This document shows, one piece after another, positions 13,819 through 28,254 of a stretch of DNA of 64,000 bases; positions within the stretch are counted from its first letter, which is position 1; the number at the start of each line of letters is the position of its first letter. The DNA is from the human T2T-CHM13v2.0 reference genome, Homo sapiens. The stretch is taken from NCBI RefSeq assembly GCF_009914755.1, contig NC_060945.1; one strand, 5' to 3'. The notes under the pieces were generated by a model that saw only the letters and a program-made list of their open reading frames with translations, searched no databases and was not told where the DNA came from. The translations under genes were made by a program, and so were the position numbers.

Positions 13819-15879
13819 ATTTGCTTTGTTTCTGCAGCGGCCCTCTAAATCTCAGTTGTTTACCATCTACCTTTGATAGCTTCTATTGCCCAATTCTCAG
13901 TATTCTTTTAGGCTTCTGACTTCCAGCTGCTGCTTGCTGCTATTAAAGGAAGCAATTTCCATACTGACTTAGAGTATTTCTGCTCAACATTATGGATAAG
14001 TGGAAAATAAGAAATTTTGACATAATAAAAATTAAAACCTAAGACATTTTACAAAGTTGTTTAAAAAAGTCAAAGTCATTTTTTTTGTGATCTTTCATTG
14101 CTGATCTATATCCTAAAGAAATAACGTGGAACCTCTTCAAAATTTCACCCCCAAATTTTTATTCACCATGAAGAGATTCACAAACTTCTACTACCACATC
14201 CCACTTTCCACAGCAAAACTGGAAAGAATCACATGTGCTTGACAATAGGTATCTCTTCCTTGATCACTGTCCCTTTATGAAGATATATTTTAGTTTGCAT
14301 CTATTTCCCATTAGTTACCTATGTCACATCCTAACCCATTGTCATACAAGACAGTAGTGAAATTTCTAGAATTCTACATTCTAGTACAAATTTAGTGTTT
14401 TACACTTTAGAAACCATGAAAGTACTACAGTGAATATGAATGAGTCTTTTCAAAAATTAAAATACAGAAAAAGGAGAAGATATTTGAAAAAGTAACAAAT
14501 TTCTGTAGTTATTTTTAAATACTATTTCCTCACTATTTCTCACTTTTAGCTTCTGTAGAACAAGCAAAACATAAGTAAAACCAAATTTCCAGATCACGGA
14601 GTTCTTTCTGAAGCATGGGATGTGGGCTGTAAGCTTAAACACATTCCCTGAGTTCCATGGCCTTTGTTTCCACATTTCACCAGCAGTCACATTCTGTTCC
14701 AGAAGCTCAGTAGATTCAGGCTTGGGAGAGGAACTTGAGTAAAGGGGAGGGAAGTTACTGAGGAGAGATGAGTCAGAGCTGATTCATAGATCCATCAGTC
14801 AATTACAGTTCGTATCAGAGAGTAGGCTCCTTAATATTATATACAGTACTGAACTGTGATTAAGATGGATATTCCGGTTTTTCAAAATTTATATTTAGTT
14901 GGTATTTCTAACAGAAAGTGATTCAAACATGTACATATAATGTATGCTTGTGCAATACCATTAGGAAACCTAAAAAGAGTATTAATAATAAAGTTATAAA
15001 ATCACATCTGACATTTATCAAAATTTTTCTGAGAGAAATTACATGGTTTGAAATGGAAAAGAAAATGAGAAGGGAGATTATGAGGAAAAGGATTCTTCCT
15101 TGATTTTCCTCCAAAGAGATGATGAAAACAAAGAATGAATGGTCATGGCTCAAGAAAATTAACTTTACAGCAGAAACCATCATTTATACTTGCCCCCAAG
15201 GCTGTTCTGTAGGTTAAACCCATTTTTTTTTAAGATTTTCTTTAACAAACTATTCTTAATCATTTTGCCACAATTGTGGAAATGACTAATTTTTCTGTCT
15301 TAAGTGGAAAAACTATCAGCACTATTACCTGACTACATTTTAAAACTTAACAGCTTTTATGAATCAGAGAAGTGAACAACTGGTACTTCCCTGAATTAAT
15401 ACTATAGTTTTACATTTTTTTAAAAAACTCTCTCAGAGTTGCCAGCTTCATTACTGAAAATCAATGAGTTTTCATTTTTTTATAGGAATGGTTTATCTAT
15501 AAACTATAAAACTACCCAGATAAAAAGAATTTTTTTTGTCCTTACAGAGATCTTAGTGTTTTTGTATCTTGGCCAAAACTGGACTAGATGCTGTCAACTA
15601 GAGCAAAATTATATCTGAATGACTGGCAACTTTTGTAGACACAGCTGTAGTGTATTAGGATAGTAGAATTTATTACTTAATCCCCATATTTTGTTCCCAT
15701 CATAATTATAAATATATTTGGAAAAAGATAATTTTCATAAATATAATTAGGCATTTTGTCCTTGGTTTAATCAGAATTTGCTTTATTTTGGAGCACAAAT
15801 GCTGCACTTACTAGAGCCAGCAAATATGTAGCATTACCTAAATAAAACCCCTTTGCCTTATAAAGCTTGCAGAGCCCTC

Positions 15880-16040
15880 CTATCATTAATGTGATTAAAA
15901 GTTGCCAGAGGGCTCATGGAAATGCAAAATCCTAGGTCCCACCATTAGAATTCCGTCAACAGTAGGCTGAAGAAGAGACTGGGCATCTGCACTTTGAACA
16001 AATGCCCCAAGCATTTTGAGAATTGCATTTAAAGAAAAAG
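15880..16040. mobile_element. MER5A-like fragment
   Basis: aaatgcaaaatcctaggtcccacc...gggcatctgcactttgaacaaatgcccc. Confidence 0.5.
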
Positions 16041-16337
16041 ATTTTGAAACCCAGAAATCTGAAACAAAATCTATTTTTCAAAACCTGAAGGAGCAACTCT
16101 TTCATCACTTGAAAGCTATGTCAACATTTTGCATGCCCAACAAATTTGTTACTGGAAGCTTTTGAATAATTTTAGTTGAAATTTAATATTACTTGATACT
16201 TGCAAATGCAAAGATTTGATATCATAGACTTGTCAAAAACTAATTGTTAAGTAGTATGTATGTAAATACAATATTGAAACACATTGGAAATAGGCATTTT
16301 AAAAATGAGATTTTTTTCCCAAGCATTTTAAAAAATA

Positions 16338-16542
16338 ATTTTTTGAAGTAAAACTCATGTAACATAACATCAGCCATTTTAAAGTGAACAACTGAATGGC
16401 AGTTAGTACATTGTGCAATGCTGTGCAACAACCACCTCTACCTAGTTCCAAAACACTTCCATCCATAAAGTAAAATCCCATACTCATTAAGCAGTTTCTT
16501 CCTATTCTCCCCTCTCCCTTTGTTCCTGGAAACCACCAACTC
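16338..16542 (-). mobile_element. L1MB 3' end fragment
   Basis: cagccattttaaagtgaacaactgaatggcagttagtacattg...gttcctggaaaccacc. Confidence 0.8.
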
Positions 16543-17129
16543 ATATTATGTCAAAAATGAGATGTTTAAAATAGAAGAGTCTTTTTCATATGTTCAATGA
16601 CTGTGTTCTTACTACAAATTTTTGTACAATATACAACTTGACTTTCAGAACAGGATCAATACTTGTTTTCCACTTGGAAGTATTTTAATAAAAAAAATAC
16701 ATTCCCAGTGTGTAAACTTGGGAGTAAATCATATTGTGAAGTATTTATTTAGATAGTAAAATCTCATTGTTTCTTTATTTCCAAATGTAGGGGTTGGTTA
16801 TGATGAAATAGGACAATTTATTCTTCAGTTTTTATTTATGTTCTAATTTTCCGTGCTCATAGTCCCATCACAAGTGGCCACATAAGCCAGTATGATCTCC
16901 TTCCTCTATGCTCAAAGAGATGTAATGATAGAAGGGAGGAAACAAATTAGCAGAAGTGTCATATTTTAGAAATCTATCAGATACAGTCGTTGCTCCCCTA
17001 ATATCTATTGTCTTCTCCTCCCTACTCCCACTTCCTCCATCTCCCTACTTTAATAGTAAATATTTGCTCTTTTGCACCTCTGCATCACCATGAAAATAGG
17101 ATGAACTAACCTTCTGGTTCCAGGAGAAA

Positions 17130-17332
17130 GACGAGGGACTTGGAAACTGAATAGTCCCATCCACTGCAGCTGAAATCTGCCACCTTAACTTCCTGCAGAG
17201 CTTCAATGAGAAGGAGAGATCAGCCAAGGGCCTCTGAGCACCTAGTCAACTCACAGATGTGTGAATGATGATACCGAATTGCTGCTTTAAACCCCTCAGC
17301 TTTGTGGTAGTTACATGGGAATAGCTAATACA
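17130..17332 (+). mobile_element. MLT1-type LTR 3' fragment
   Basis: ttgctgctttaaacccctcagctttgtggtagttac...atagctaataca, resembling an MLT1 terminus. Confidence 0.55.
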
Positions 17333-17403
17333 AATAAGTGGTGCAGACCCCGGACACAGAGCTGATACACAGGATGTCACTGGGAGAAACAGAGAAAGAG
17401 TGT

Positions 17404-17648
17404 GGTTGTCTCCCCATATCTACAGTTTCACATTCTGGGATTTCAGTTACCTGTATTTAACGGAGGTTGTCTGAAAATATTAAATAAAAAATTCCCAAAG
17501 TAAACAATTCGTAAGTTTTAGAATGCATGCCATTCTGAGTATCATAACTAAACCTCATGCTATTTTACTTTGTCCTTCTCAGGATGTGGTTTCAGGTATC
17601 CGGTGGGGGTCTCAGAATTTATCCCCTGTGGATAAGGGAGGACTACTG
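17404..17648. mobile_element. MER44A-like (Tigger7) MITE
   Basis: tttcagttacc...gaaaatattaaataaaaaattcc...tcccctgtggataagggaggactactg|ta. Confidence 0.8.
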
Positions 17649-17725
17649 TAATCAGAAAAGCAGAAAGAGATGGGGCAACTGTTAGCTTAAGCAATTATGG
17701 AAATAAAATTTAGAAAATAAACAAT

Positions 17726-18033
17726 ACCAGTTCCCAAACATTTATCCAAAAGTCTTAGGACTATATGTGCTTGAACTATAGAACTTTTCATACTTTATAA
17801 AGTTATTAGAATGCATACACACTATATGTTTTAACAGTCACCAGCAGGTTCTGGGACAATGCCTCAATACATCATTCTGGAGAAAAATAAATGAATATTC
17901 ACATAAAGCAAAATAAACAGAGACTATAAAATTCATGTCATCTCAAGTTAGGTTTGGCTTCTAAATGAGTTGGGAAAACTATTTTAGATTTTAGTGCTTT
18001 CTGAATTTCAGAACTACAGGTGAAGAACCTGTA
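17726..18033. mobile_element. MER46C-like Tigger fragment
   Basis: tttatccaaaagtcttagg...tgctttctgaatttcagaac...cctgta, TA-flanked. Confidence 0.5.
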
Positions 18034-20468
18034 ATGTCAACAATGCAGAAAATTATAAGTATAAAAATAGGAGTATAAAAAATAGGAGAGTCATTGACTT
18101 GGATGTTAAAGCAAATTCCTTGTTGGAGTAGTTAAGGTAAAAAAAAAAAAATCCACAAATCTATGAAGTAGGTATGTTCAGTGAATACTTCAAGTTCTTA
18201 AATAAATAGTTAAGGAAGATTATACAAACACCCTCCTCCGATAGGCAGTTGTCCTAAGGAATTACCCCTTGCCTTCAGTTCCTATTGTTGGTATCATCAT
18301 TATTTTTTAAAAATTAGATGGAAAAAAATAATTTACTAATTTACCTCTGTACATAATAAGAAAGGTCTGCTGAGCCTCAGCCGAGTGTAATGTAGAGAGT
18401 AGCAGGGGGATGTGAAGGGCCAGTTTGAGTAATCCCACTCCTAACTCAATTGTGTGGCTATTGTCTCTGAGTGGCTTTTCACTGTGTGTTTTAAAATAGA
18501 CTCTAGTTCATGAAAGACACAAAAATGTCATTATTTCCATAAATGTAACTAGAACTGGCAGAAAATATAAAATTCTGTGGAAACCACAGGCTCAAAATGA
18601 AGACTCTTGTTCCAGCCCAATTCAAATATATCTGATAAATGAATAGTATGCTACAGGCTTAACTCACATCTTCTCTAGTTATTTGTACGCCAATGACAAG
18701 AATGGTTCAGAACAAGTTACTGGGTCATACTGCATGGTCTCTATAGTCATATTTTAAAAATTCTATACATTTAATTCTAATCATATTATAAAACACATTA
18801 TCATTACTAGTATTATTATCACTAATATTAGGATCTTAACATTAAAATTCTGTAAAACTACTTTGGAATGGTATTAAATTGGATAGCATATTATCTTAGA
18901 AATGGTAAACTGAAATAAGTAGTATTTTTCAAGTAAATAAATTCATGTGGAAAATTATGCCCCATTTGATGTTATTCATTTATTTCTTTAATAAATATGT
19001 ATTTGTTGACTAGATGAATGAATGAACAATATGTTTTTAACCAGTTACTCATATTGCATATCTCTCAAATAAGACTGTTTCCTTTGTTATTTAAGCAAGC
19101 CACATGTATTTGAATGCTAATGTATTTCTGTTCTTAATTTGCAGTATTGTTCTTTAATATTCTTGTTGATATAAATTGAACTGAATGGTCATATCATCAA
19201 ATATTTATGGATTAAAAAATTTTTCATAGAAGCCAATAGAACAATTTTAGTCTGTATTTTGTGTTTGTTAAGTTTGTTTTTATCAAGGTTGTATGGACCC
19301 TTAAAACTCTATTATATTTAGATGCTTGCTTGGCTTAAATGTAATGTTTTACAAAAATTCATTTCTGCATATAGTGTTTTACAAATAATTGCCTCTTCAA
19401 ATGTGTGCCTATATTAGAATCCAAAATAATTGTGATATAAGGTATAATTCTCATATTAAGGCATTCAAAAATACATTTTATATTAAAGTGTTAATATTGT
19501 ATATTATCTCTTATAAGGTTAGTCTTCCATATTATCATTTTCCCCAATGATATTAATACATGAAAAGGCTCTCTAGTGTGTCTTTTTTTTCTAAAAGCTT
19601 GAGAATATTATTGCGATTTCCTTAAAATATAAAGGACGTTAATCATTTAGCTATGTTGCATTATGAATGTCATTATTTCAGAGAGGTGGATATATTCTAG
19701 GAGTCTGTTGAAAATGAATCTAGTTTAGAAGAACATGAAACATAATAAAAGATACTTCTCACCATGTTGTAAAGAGTAAGAACAGATTTGAGGTTTGTAG
19801 GAAATCAGTTATATGGAAAATTAATCATTCAAGATATAAAGAACAGAATAAAAATGCTAATTTTTGAAATTCAAAGATAGACTTCAGAATAGAGAGAATA
19901 CAATAAAAGGTAGCAATTATAAACAAAAGAAATACAAACTCTTTAAGCCTTATCTAGCTCTGGAGCTTGCCAAAAGTACAAAACAGGAATTAGGAAAAAA
20001 AAATTAATTGTCGACATCTACAGATAACATAATCTTTTTAAAAGAAATTGAAAAGTTTATCTTAAAAGGAAAAAAATTTTATTTTTAATATGAGTTTTGT
20101 TTTCAGATGTATACTTTCTTTAAAGATGTAAAATGAACTTTTGCTTGAGAGCAGAACTTATCTAAGAGACAGAAAAACGAGATTTTGTATTTTATTATAT
20201 TGTATCTGATTATAACCAATCAACTGAAACTCGTAAAGCACCATTCAATTTTAACAAGTGATCCAGAATACCAGCCTCTTAGTGGACAGAAACAGAGGCG
20301 ACTTCCTGATCAATCAGCAAAGAGAACACCAGAGAGTTAAACTTCATTCTGACTCCTGCTTCTGAGGCAAAAGTAGCTCTAATGCTGTTCCTATTTTAGC
20401 AACTCCATGGAGAGCCCCCACAGTTCATTTGAAGTGGTCGAAAATTCTTTCCTTTGAAGAATTCTTAC

Positions 20469-20498
20469 CTTCAGAACCACTTTTATGTGGATCAGGGC
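20469..20498 (-). other. Candidate 30-nt internal exon (microexon) of an unidentified minus-strand transcript
   Basis: Minus strand reads ctttcttgacctttccttcacag|GCCCTGATCCACATAAAAGTGGTTCTGAAG|gtaaga: pyrimidine tract, CAG acceptor and near-consensus donor. Confidence 0.35.
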
Positions 20499-21495
20499 CT
20501 GTGAAGGAAAGGTCAAGAAAGCTCTGACCTGTGACTTATTTGTGCTGCTAAACTGTAATTATTAAAAAGATAAAAGTATGATTCTATGAATATGGAATTA
20601 ACATGTGTTAAGCGTTTTAACTCATTAATTAATGTAGGAACTAGTAAGATGTTAAAACAAGTTCAAAGAAGAAGTTGAAGAACATTGTATAGTTCGTGTG
20701 TGTATACACACACCAAATCAAGAAATCTAAAATGAATTTGCTAAGAGATAGAAAATATTTCATAGTTTATAGGGAAATGAAATGCAACAGTTGGGGTCAT
20801 ATTTTCTAAGAGCAGAAATCCATTTTACCTTCCCTAGAAAAAAATCATTTTGTTGCTATGAATAAGAATAATTTCAATTTTCATCAAATTTTACAATTCA
20901 ACCTCTACCGCTACAGGGTTTTTAAATATCCTTGTGAATATAAAAAAAATCAAAAGTGAAAAACACATAAAATCTGATAATCCTTCAAGGTCTACTAGAC
21001 ACTGTCTTGAATCTCAGTGAAAGAAAACCCAGTAAGCTTGTTTGCCCATTTACATGTCTTGGAAAATTTATCCCAAGAGCCTTTGGTTGTGTCTAAAGCT
21101 AAAGTTTTCTTGATCTGAAAATTCCAGTTGGGCTAATTCATGTTTTTTTTTAATTCCTCAAATCCATTTGTTAACAAATTGTGACAATATTCTAGAGTTT
21201 CCCTCCAAGTATATTTCAATGCACAAAAGCAGGAAATCAGTTGTCCAAATAATAGGTTTAAAAGTTTACATCTCAAATGATTACAAAATAATTAAAAACG
21301 TAAACCTATCCTTTGGCTTAAACTTAAATGACAATTTAATTTCAAGGAAGATAAACTTCCAAAAAGTTATAAAAGTTTTAGTAATAATCTTCCATGATAC
21401 TACACATTCTCAAATATAGAACCGGAATTTGGAAAATGCAAATTTTATCAACCTCCACTCTCAACACTTCAGTGGAATCAGAATTGCTTGAATAA

Positions 21496-21869
<374 letters not shown>

Positions 21870-24049
21870 TAACTCAGCATTTTTGACTGCATACCTTGCT
21901 TGGCACAAGTTGCACTTTGATAAATATTTGGCAAAATAAAGACACGAGGGTTCTAAGAGGGTAAAAAGTTGTAAAGTGAATATCTTTTACTCCTATGGCG
22001 TTCATAAATAACAGTTGTTTTATGGAAATGATAGAAAGTTATTTTCAGCCCTGTGTCTCCTGAATTGGAAGCATAAAGATTCTTAGAGATACGAAGTACA
22101 TATTTACCATTAAAAATAGGCATATTACATCAAGAGTGGCAAAGTGAAGGTAACAGAATGGTGTAAGGAGCACCAAGTGGTTCAGTTGTATAAACAGAAA
22201 GTGAAGGCGAAGGCAAAAAATAAAAAATACAATGAATATCATTTTCAAAGAAAAGACAAAGGATCAGTAGAACAAATAGAATAGTTACCATCTCAAAATG
22301 AAGTCTAGTTTACATCAGTCTATGTCTGAGACCTTTCATAACCTCTATAACGTCTGAGAATTCTGTATTCTATTAAATTCCCAAGTTCATGTGTATGCAC
22401 AGTCTGTTTATTTAGTTGTAATGATGCACAATATAATTCTTTGCTTCTAGAGCAAAATAGACATGAATAGGTTTGATCTCTGTTTTCAGTGGTCCTTTAG
22501 TTGAATAAGAAACATGGTGGGGCATCAGGTAGAGGAATATTGAGAGTTCCAGAGAGGAGGGGGAGAGGAGAGAGAGTCAGCAACCTGGGGTTGAAATAAA
22601 AGCTGGAATTTAAGAACAGAAACACACAGCAGTTCTATGTGGCATCGATAAGTTATACACATTATACCTAAGCTTATAACCTCAGGCAAGTCTGATGAGG
22701 GAAACGAGCAAGAGTGTCTAAACTAGAGCCCTTTGGGTCATAGGTTTAAGTAATAAGAATCGTAAACATGTTCACAATATTACAAAATTGTGCTACTGAC
22801 AAGTTTATGGTTTCAAGCCCCAGTTGAATAAATCTTATTGTTTTAATCTTTTTCTTCTATTGTGTCCTAACTTCTGTGAGGTGATTTCAAATCACTTAAA
22901 AGTACCTACAAACTTTCTTCACTCTTGCTCACCCACAGAAGATAAACTTGAGGACTAATTCAATAGGAAATAAAAACTCTGAGCTATAATATAGCTCAAA
23001 TTCAACCACCCTGCCATAACTAGCTGCTAAAATGTCCAAACTCTTCTGCACTTACAAGTTCCAGGAGAAATGGCAGAAACTTAATTTCTAGAAAGCAATT
23101 TAGTTGAAAACAAATTGATAAAAACAGCAAGTTGATCATAACAGAGTACTTACAATATGTGGGCTTTCATGTAATAGTACCTTTTAATCAACAGAGAATA
23201 TTTATTTTAATGAGTCAGAAACTTTGAAAACATTTTTAATATATTCAAATGTAGCATTTAAAATTTTTAAATGTACTTTAGTCAAATATGACAATATTTT
23301 AATTACATTATAAATTCTACTTTCATTTCAGTGACTTTTCCAAAACAAGTTTATTAAAATAAATGCTCTAACCATTAAAACTTGTTTAAATAAAATTTGA
23401 GCAACCTAGCGTAACACAAGATTTTAAAATATTAGTACATTCTTAATAATTATTATCTTTTTAATTTCATGTAATTGTATGGGACCAATAGTTTGCATTT
23501 GGCCATGTTTGTTCTCTTATATTAAAAGCTTTTCACATTTCTTCAATTAGCATACTTTGCTTCTATCTGATACAATTAATACTTGCAATTAGATTAATAA
23601 TGTAATTTCTATTTTTAAGAAAATGTGTTCAAAATTTGGAAATAAGCAAAAGATTAAAAGATTCCAGGTTTATAAATGGAATAATATTTCTACATTGAAC
23701 TTACAAGAAGTCTTGTAGTAAGTTAAATTTTGGTGTTTGAAAATTTAATGAATATTAATTTATGAGGCTAAAGGGTAATGTGTGAATACTATTTTCTGCA
23801 TTGAAAACTACACTCAGGAGCATTAAAAACAAATTAAAAATCACGTTGATACTCTCCCACACCTGTTTTTCCCTAAAAGGATATAGTAGGAAATGTTGAA
23901 TTTCTTTCAGCAAATATAACTGATATCTATACACTGAATTCAGAATTATTAATGGCTTTTTTCTGGTTATTAATCAAGCTACAAGAATGACTCCTGCTAT
24001 CCTATGAGGGAGCACTGATATTTCAGGAGAAAAATTGTGCTGGGAATAC

Positions 24050-24540
24050 TTTTTTATTGTGATGAAATATATGCAACATAAAACTTACTGTGTTAACCGT
24101 GAAGTGGACAATTTAGCTGCATTAAGGGCATTTACATCATTGTGCAGCTATCACCACCAAACATCTCCAGAACTTTTCTACTATCCCAAACTAAGCCCTG
24201 TAGCCATTAAACAAAAATTCTGATTCCCTCCTATCCATAACCTCTGGTAACCACTCTGTTACTTTCTGTCTCTTTGAAATTGACTATTCTTAGTACCTCA
24301 TAAAAATGAAATCATGCGATACTTATCATTTTATATCTAGCTTATTTCACTTAGCATAATGTTTTCAAGTTTGATCCACATTGTTTCATGTACCTGAATT
24401 TCATTCCTTTTTAAGGCTAAATAATAATCCCACTGTACGGATATGCCACATTTTTTTTCCATTCATCCATTGGTTGACATTTTATTTCTGCTTTATGCCT
24501 ATGGTGAAAATGCTGCTATGAATATTGGTGTACAAATATC
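24050..24540 (-). mobile_element. L1MB 3' end
   Basis: ttttattgtgatgaaatatatgcaacataaaacttac...ctgctatgaatattggtgtacaaatatc. Confidence 0.85.
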
Positions 24541-24750
24541 GTGGAAGCAAAGGTGAGTAAATATGTCAGGATGTTTCTTACCATTTTAAAGGTTGCTTTT
24601 TCTTGATTAAGCATTTGCTTGGCAGCTATAGAGCTGTAATTGTTTTCTGGAACTCTTTAAAGGTTAGTCCAGCTAGTTCCTGGTTTCTTTTTCTTAAATG
24701 TTTCTGCAAAGAAATGAAGGCTTGAAGCTGCTTAGTCAGCCATTTTGCTC
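24541..24750 (-). mobile_element. L1M extreme 5'UTR end, joined directly to the 3' fragment
   Basis: ttcttgattaagcatttgc...ggcttgaagctgcttagtcagccattttgct resembles the antisense 5' terminus of L1M 5'UTRs (recalled). Confidence 0.6.
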
Positions 24751-27700
24751 TGCAAGAGGAATTTTTATGCAGCATTGTCTGAATAATTTTTGACCTAAAA
24801 ACGGAAAGTTGTGATATTGTATATGGAAAATAATGTACCTTGCATTTTATGAATAAGTTAAGTGTTTAATGATATTCACATTTCATACATATAATTTAGC
24901 AGGTTGTTTATATACCAGAGAAATTTTCAGTATGTTCAAATAATGCCATACATTTTGTTGTACAGGCACTGTGTAATGACAGGTGGGGTAGGTACTATTA
25001 TCACTGTATCAAATAAAAAATAATTTAGGCATGGAGACAAAACATTATCTGCATAATTCTAAAATGATGGAGTTAGGAAGACTTATTGTGTGATTTTTCT
25101 TTGTCAGCACATTTTATAGCAGCCTTCTCTAATTGCTTGTGTGTGTTTTCATTTACACACTCAAAAGTTTAGTCAAAACATTTCTGGAAATTATCATGAA
25201 AGCACGCAAAGGATATGGTCAAGGACAATAATCATTTAGGACATAATCTTCTTGGTCTTCATAGGCCCATAATAAATTATGGAAGCAGAAATATTGGTTG
25301 TAGGTAGTTGCTTTCATCTACTTAAATTTAAGCACTATAAATTCCCCAAATCTCTGTTCAATTTTAGCTAAAAGTCAGCTCTCAGGTTTAGATCAGGATC
25401 TGACTCACAGGAAACTGAAATAATGGGTTAGCTTTGGTCTTGGGATAAAAGGTAGATCAGGATGAGGCAAGACATGATTAGACGAAACCTAATCAATAAA
25501 AACTTCAATTAAACAACACTGGCTTATCATATTTATTTTTCACTTCTCAATATAAATATGAATAAATGTGCCTTAACGTACAATAATATATTTTTATTTT
25601 TAGTATCTAAAGATTTAAATAAATCATCTATCTCATAAGGGCCAAACCCTTTGATTTTGTTATATGCTCATTTAATTGATGTCCCTTGGCGTATGAAGCA
25701 CTCTTTACTTTGGTTCGCCTTCTTTCTTCCTACACCTTCTCACAATCTATTGCTGACTCTTCTTCTTACAAACTAGAATTTGTTGATATTCTTCCAGCTA
25801 TCTTTGTTAGTCTTCTCAACTATCTTTTCATGATCTGCCTGATAATCTATCTAATCTCATAGTTTCAAACATGATCTTCACTCTGAAATTTATAGTCTTT
25901 CCTGAGATTTAAAACTGTAGTTGTTCATTCACTTATTCACATTATATACTCAATTAAAAATTATTCACAAAGCATCCTCTTCCACAGCATCTCTATAGTG
26001 TTTCTAATTTGATTTCCACAAGAAGCCCAAATTCTCATTCTCTGTACTTCCGGTGCACTCCCCTTTCAGTTTTCCCTATCTCTGTTACCAGCATCTTCAT
26101 GAGTTACTCATCCTAAAATTGTAAGTTTTTCTCTTTTCTGCTCAGTGTAGATTGAATCAATGTTGATAGATCCAGTCTCCATTTCAGGGAATTTCGTTCA
26201 TCATTGTCCTCACTAGTGAAAAGGAAAAAGAAAGAATGTATTTGCTCTATAGAAATGATTTACTTACCATAAATTAATTAAATCACTAAGCCACAAACAA
26301 GCTGAATCATGAGGTGTTACCAAAAATGTGTAAAATTTGAGTTCAAAATTTATACTTGAATAATTAGAAATTGTCTAAAAGTTTCATTAGGCATTTCAAA
26401 TATCTTAGATCTTAGAGCCTTTATGTGGAAGTTCATTTAGAACATGTTAGGATAACTAAATACCAACCAATAAACAAAAAAGCTATCCAAGGCAATGTGT
26501 TTGAACTTCTGGAACCAATCTTTAAATGATTCTTCCTAAAGTCCCATTATATTGTTTTCAAATGGCATTGGAGAGTGAATAAAGGGAACAATAAGATTTT
26601 ACAAGACTGAAAGCATTTACGAAACCATGTAACTGCCAAAGAATGGATGTTAAAGCATCCTAAAGAGTCTGATTAATGAATAATTTAAAAAGTCATCGTA
26701 GCTAACTACTCCATGTTATACGACCTTTACCCCTTGGGCATCTGATAAAGAGAAAGGTTCAGCTTTAAACAACCTTAGTTGAATTAGAAATTTACTTGCT
26801 TATCCTAAAGCCATCCATTTTATGACCCAGTTGATTACGTTTATTTTTCTCTCCTTAGATTTCTTCATGTCTTTTCATACAGAATGAATCATATGATGAT
26901 AATAGGCAGCTGAGAAAGGAGTAACAGAGAAGGATTCTTTAATAACCCACACATGCCTGTGGTAAAAGCAACTGGGTCTTTTAAGCTGTGTGTATGATTC
27001 CTAAATGTCAAAACTTCTTTGTGGCTGTGCCTTTGTTCTGTTATTCTCTATGTTTAGGTGATACTTTCCTTTTTTATGTCTAAATTCTACTTATCTTTCA
27101 ACACTTAACTCATCAGTCACCAACATTGTGGAAGCTAACCTGATTTATCCTTTTTATAACTAATAATGTAATACTTCAATAAATGCTCTTCCATAATGCC
27201 TTGACTAGAATACTATGACATGTATAATATTAATGTGCATTACAACTGGTTACATACCATTATATGAACTTAATATCAGCAGGTCTGTGTCTCCTTGGAA
27301 ATAGAAAAATGACTTGAATATAACAATTGCATTAAAATGTTGGCTTAATTGAATTTCATGTTCCACAAAATTAATTTACTGCTCAGAGCAACTGGCCTAG
27401 GAATCTAAAATTTTCATGATTGCAACTCAGCTTAGTTCTAACCATATTTTGATGTTAGCCCAAGCAAGTATTATTTTATGTAATTAAAAAAAGTTAAGAT
27501 TATTAAACATATGTTTTCTACTTATTTCATAAAACTGCATATTCATATAGAATTTCTATCTCCTTATGAACACTGCACAAATTATAAAAACATGTAAAAT
27601 AAATGTATAAAAACTACTTATGCCAAAACAAAGGAAACCTTTCTTACGCCCCTTACACCCTTTGTGGATATTAACCACATTCAGAATATTCTTGTGATCA

Positions 27701-28254
27701 TTTCTCCAGCTGGACACCTACTGAAACAGAAATGACTTTAGCTTAATTAAAGTCCCTATTGGTGCAATGGCCTTCAAACTACAGGGTGATCCTTGTGGAA
27801 AAAGCAATGGCCATCCTACTCATTGCAGTGGCTGGGGGTTTAATCCTGGAAGGGTTATCTACTGTTCACCCTATTTTTAACAAGAAATCACCTCCATTGG
27901 GCTACAACTCTCTTTTATACCTCTGGAGGTTGGAAATGTGGATATTTATTGCAGTTAAGGAACTAAGAATTTTAAAGAGGTAACTTGCCAAAGCTGGCTG
28001 AAAAATGCCCTCATTCTCCTTCAAGTTTATTGTCCACACGGCGCTGTGTTGACATTCCAAGAAGGATAATGTGGTTCAAGTCTTTCAGCACAGGTTTCAG
28101 GGATATAGCTCTCAACAAGGAATTGCGCTTGAATAGCTGATTTTATTTACTTACTAAAGAGTATCTCTTTTATAATTTAACAAGTAGAAAAATAGTTTTA
28201 AATACTCAGATAATTACAAGTTAAAGCATCAAAACATAGACTTTCTCCGTGGTC

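Noticed and set aside
20829-20833. Possible 5-nt minus-strand microexon (ttttttttctag|GGAAG|gtaaaa)
   Set aside because: Frame-shifting, modest donor, short tract; such patterns are expected by chance in AT-rich DNA
22685-22726. Hammerhead-like words CTGATGA...GAAAC...GTC
   Set aside because: Only 2 nt lie between CUGAUGA and GAAA (no stem II), and stems I and III do not pair
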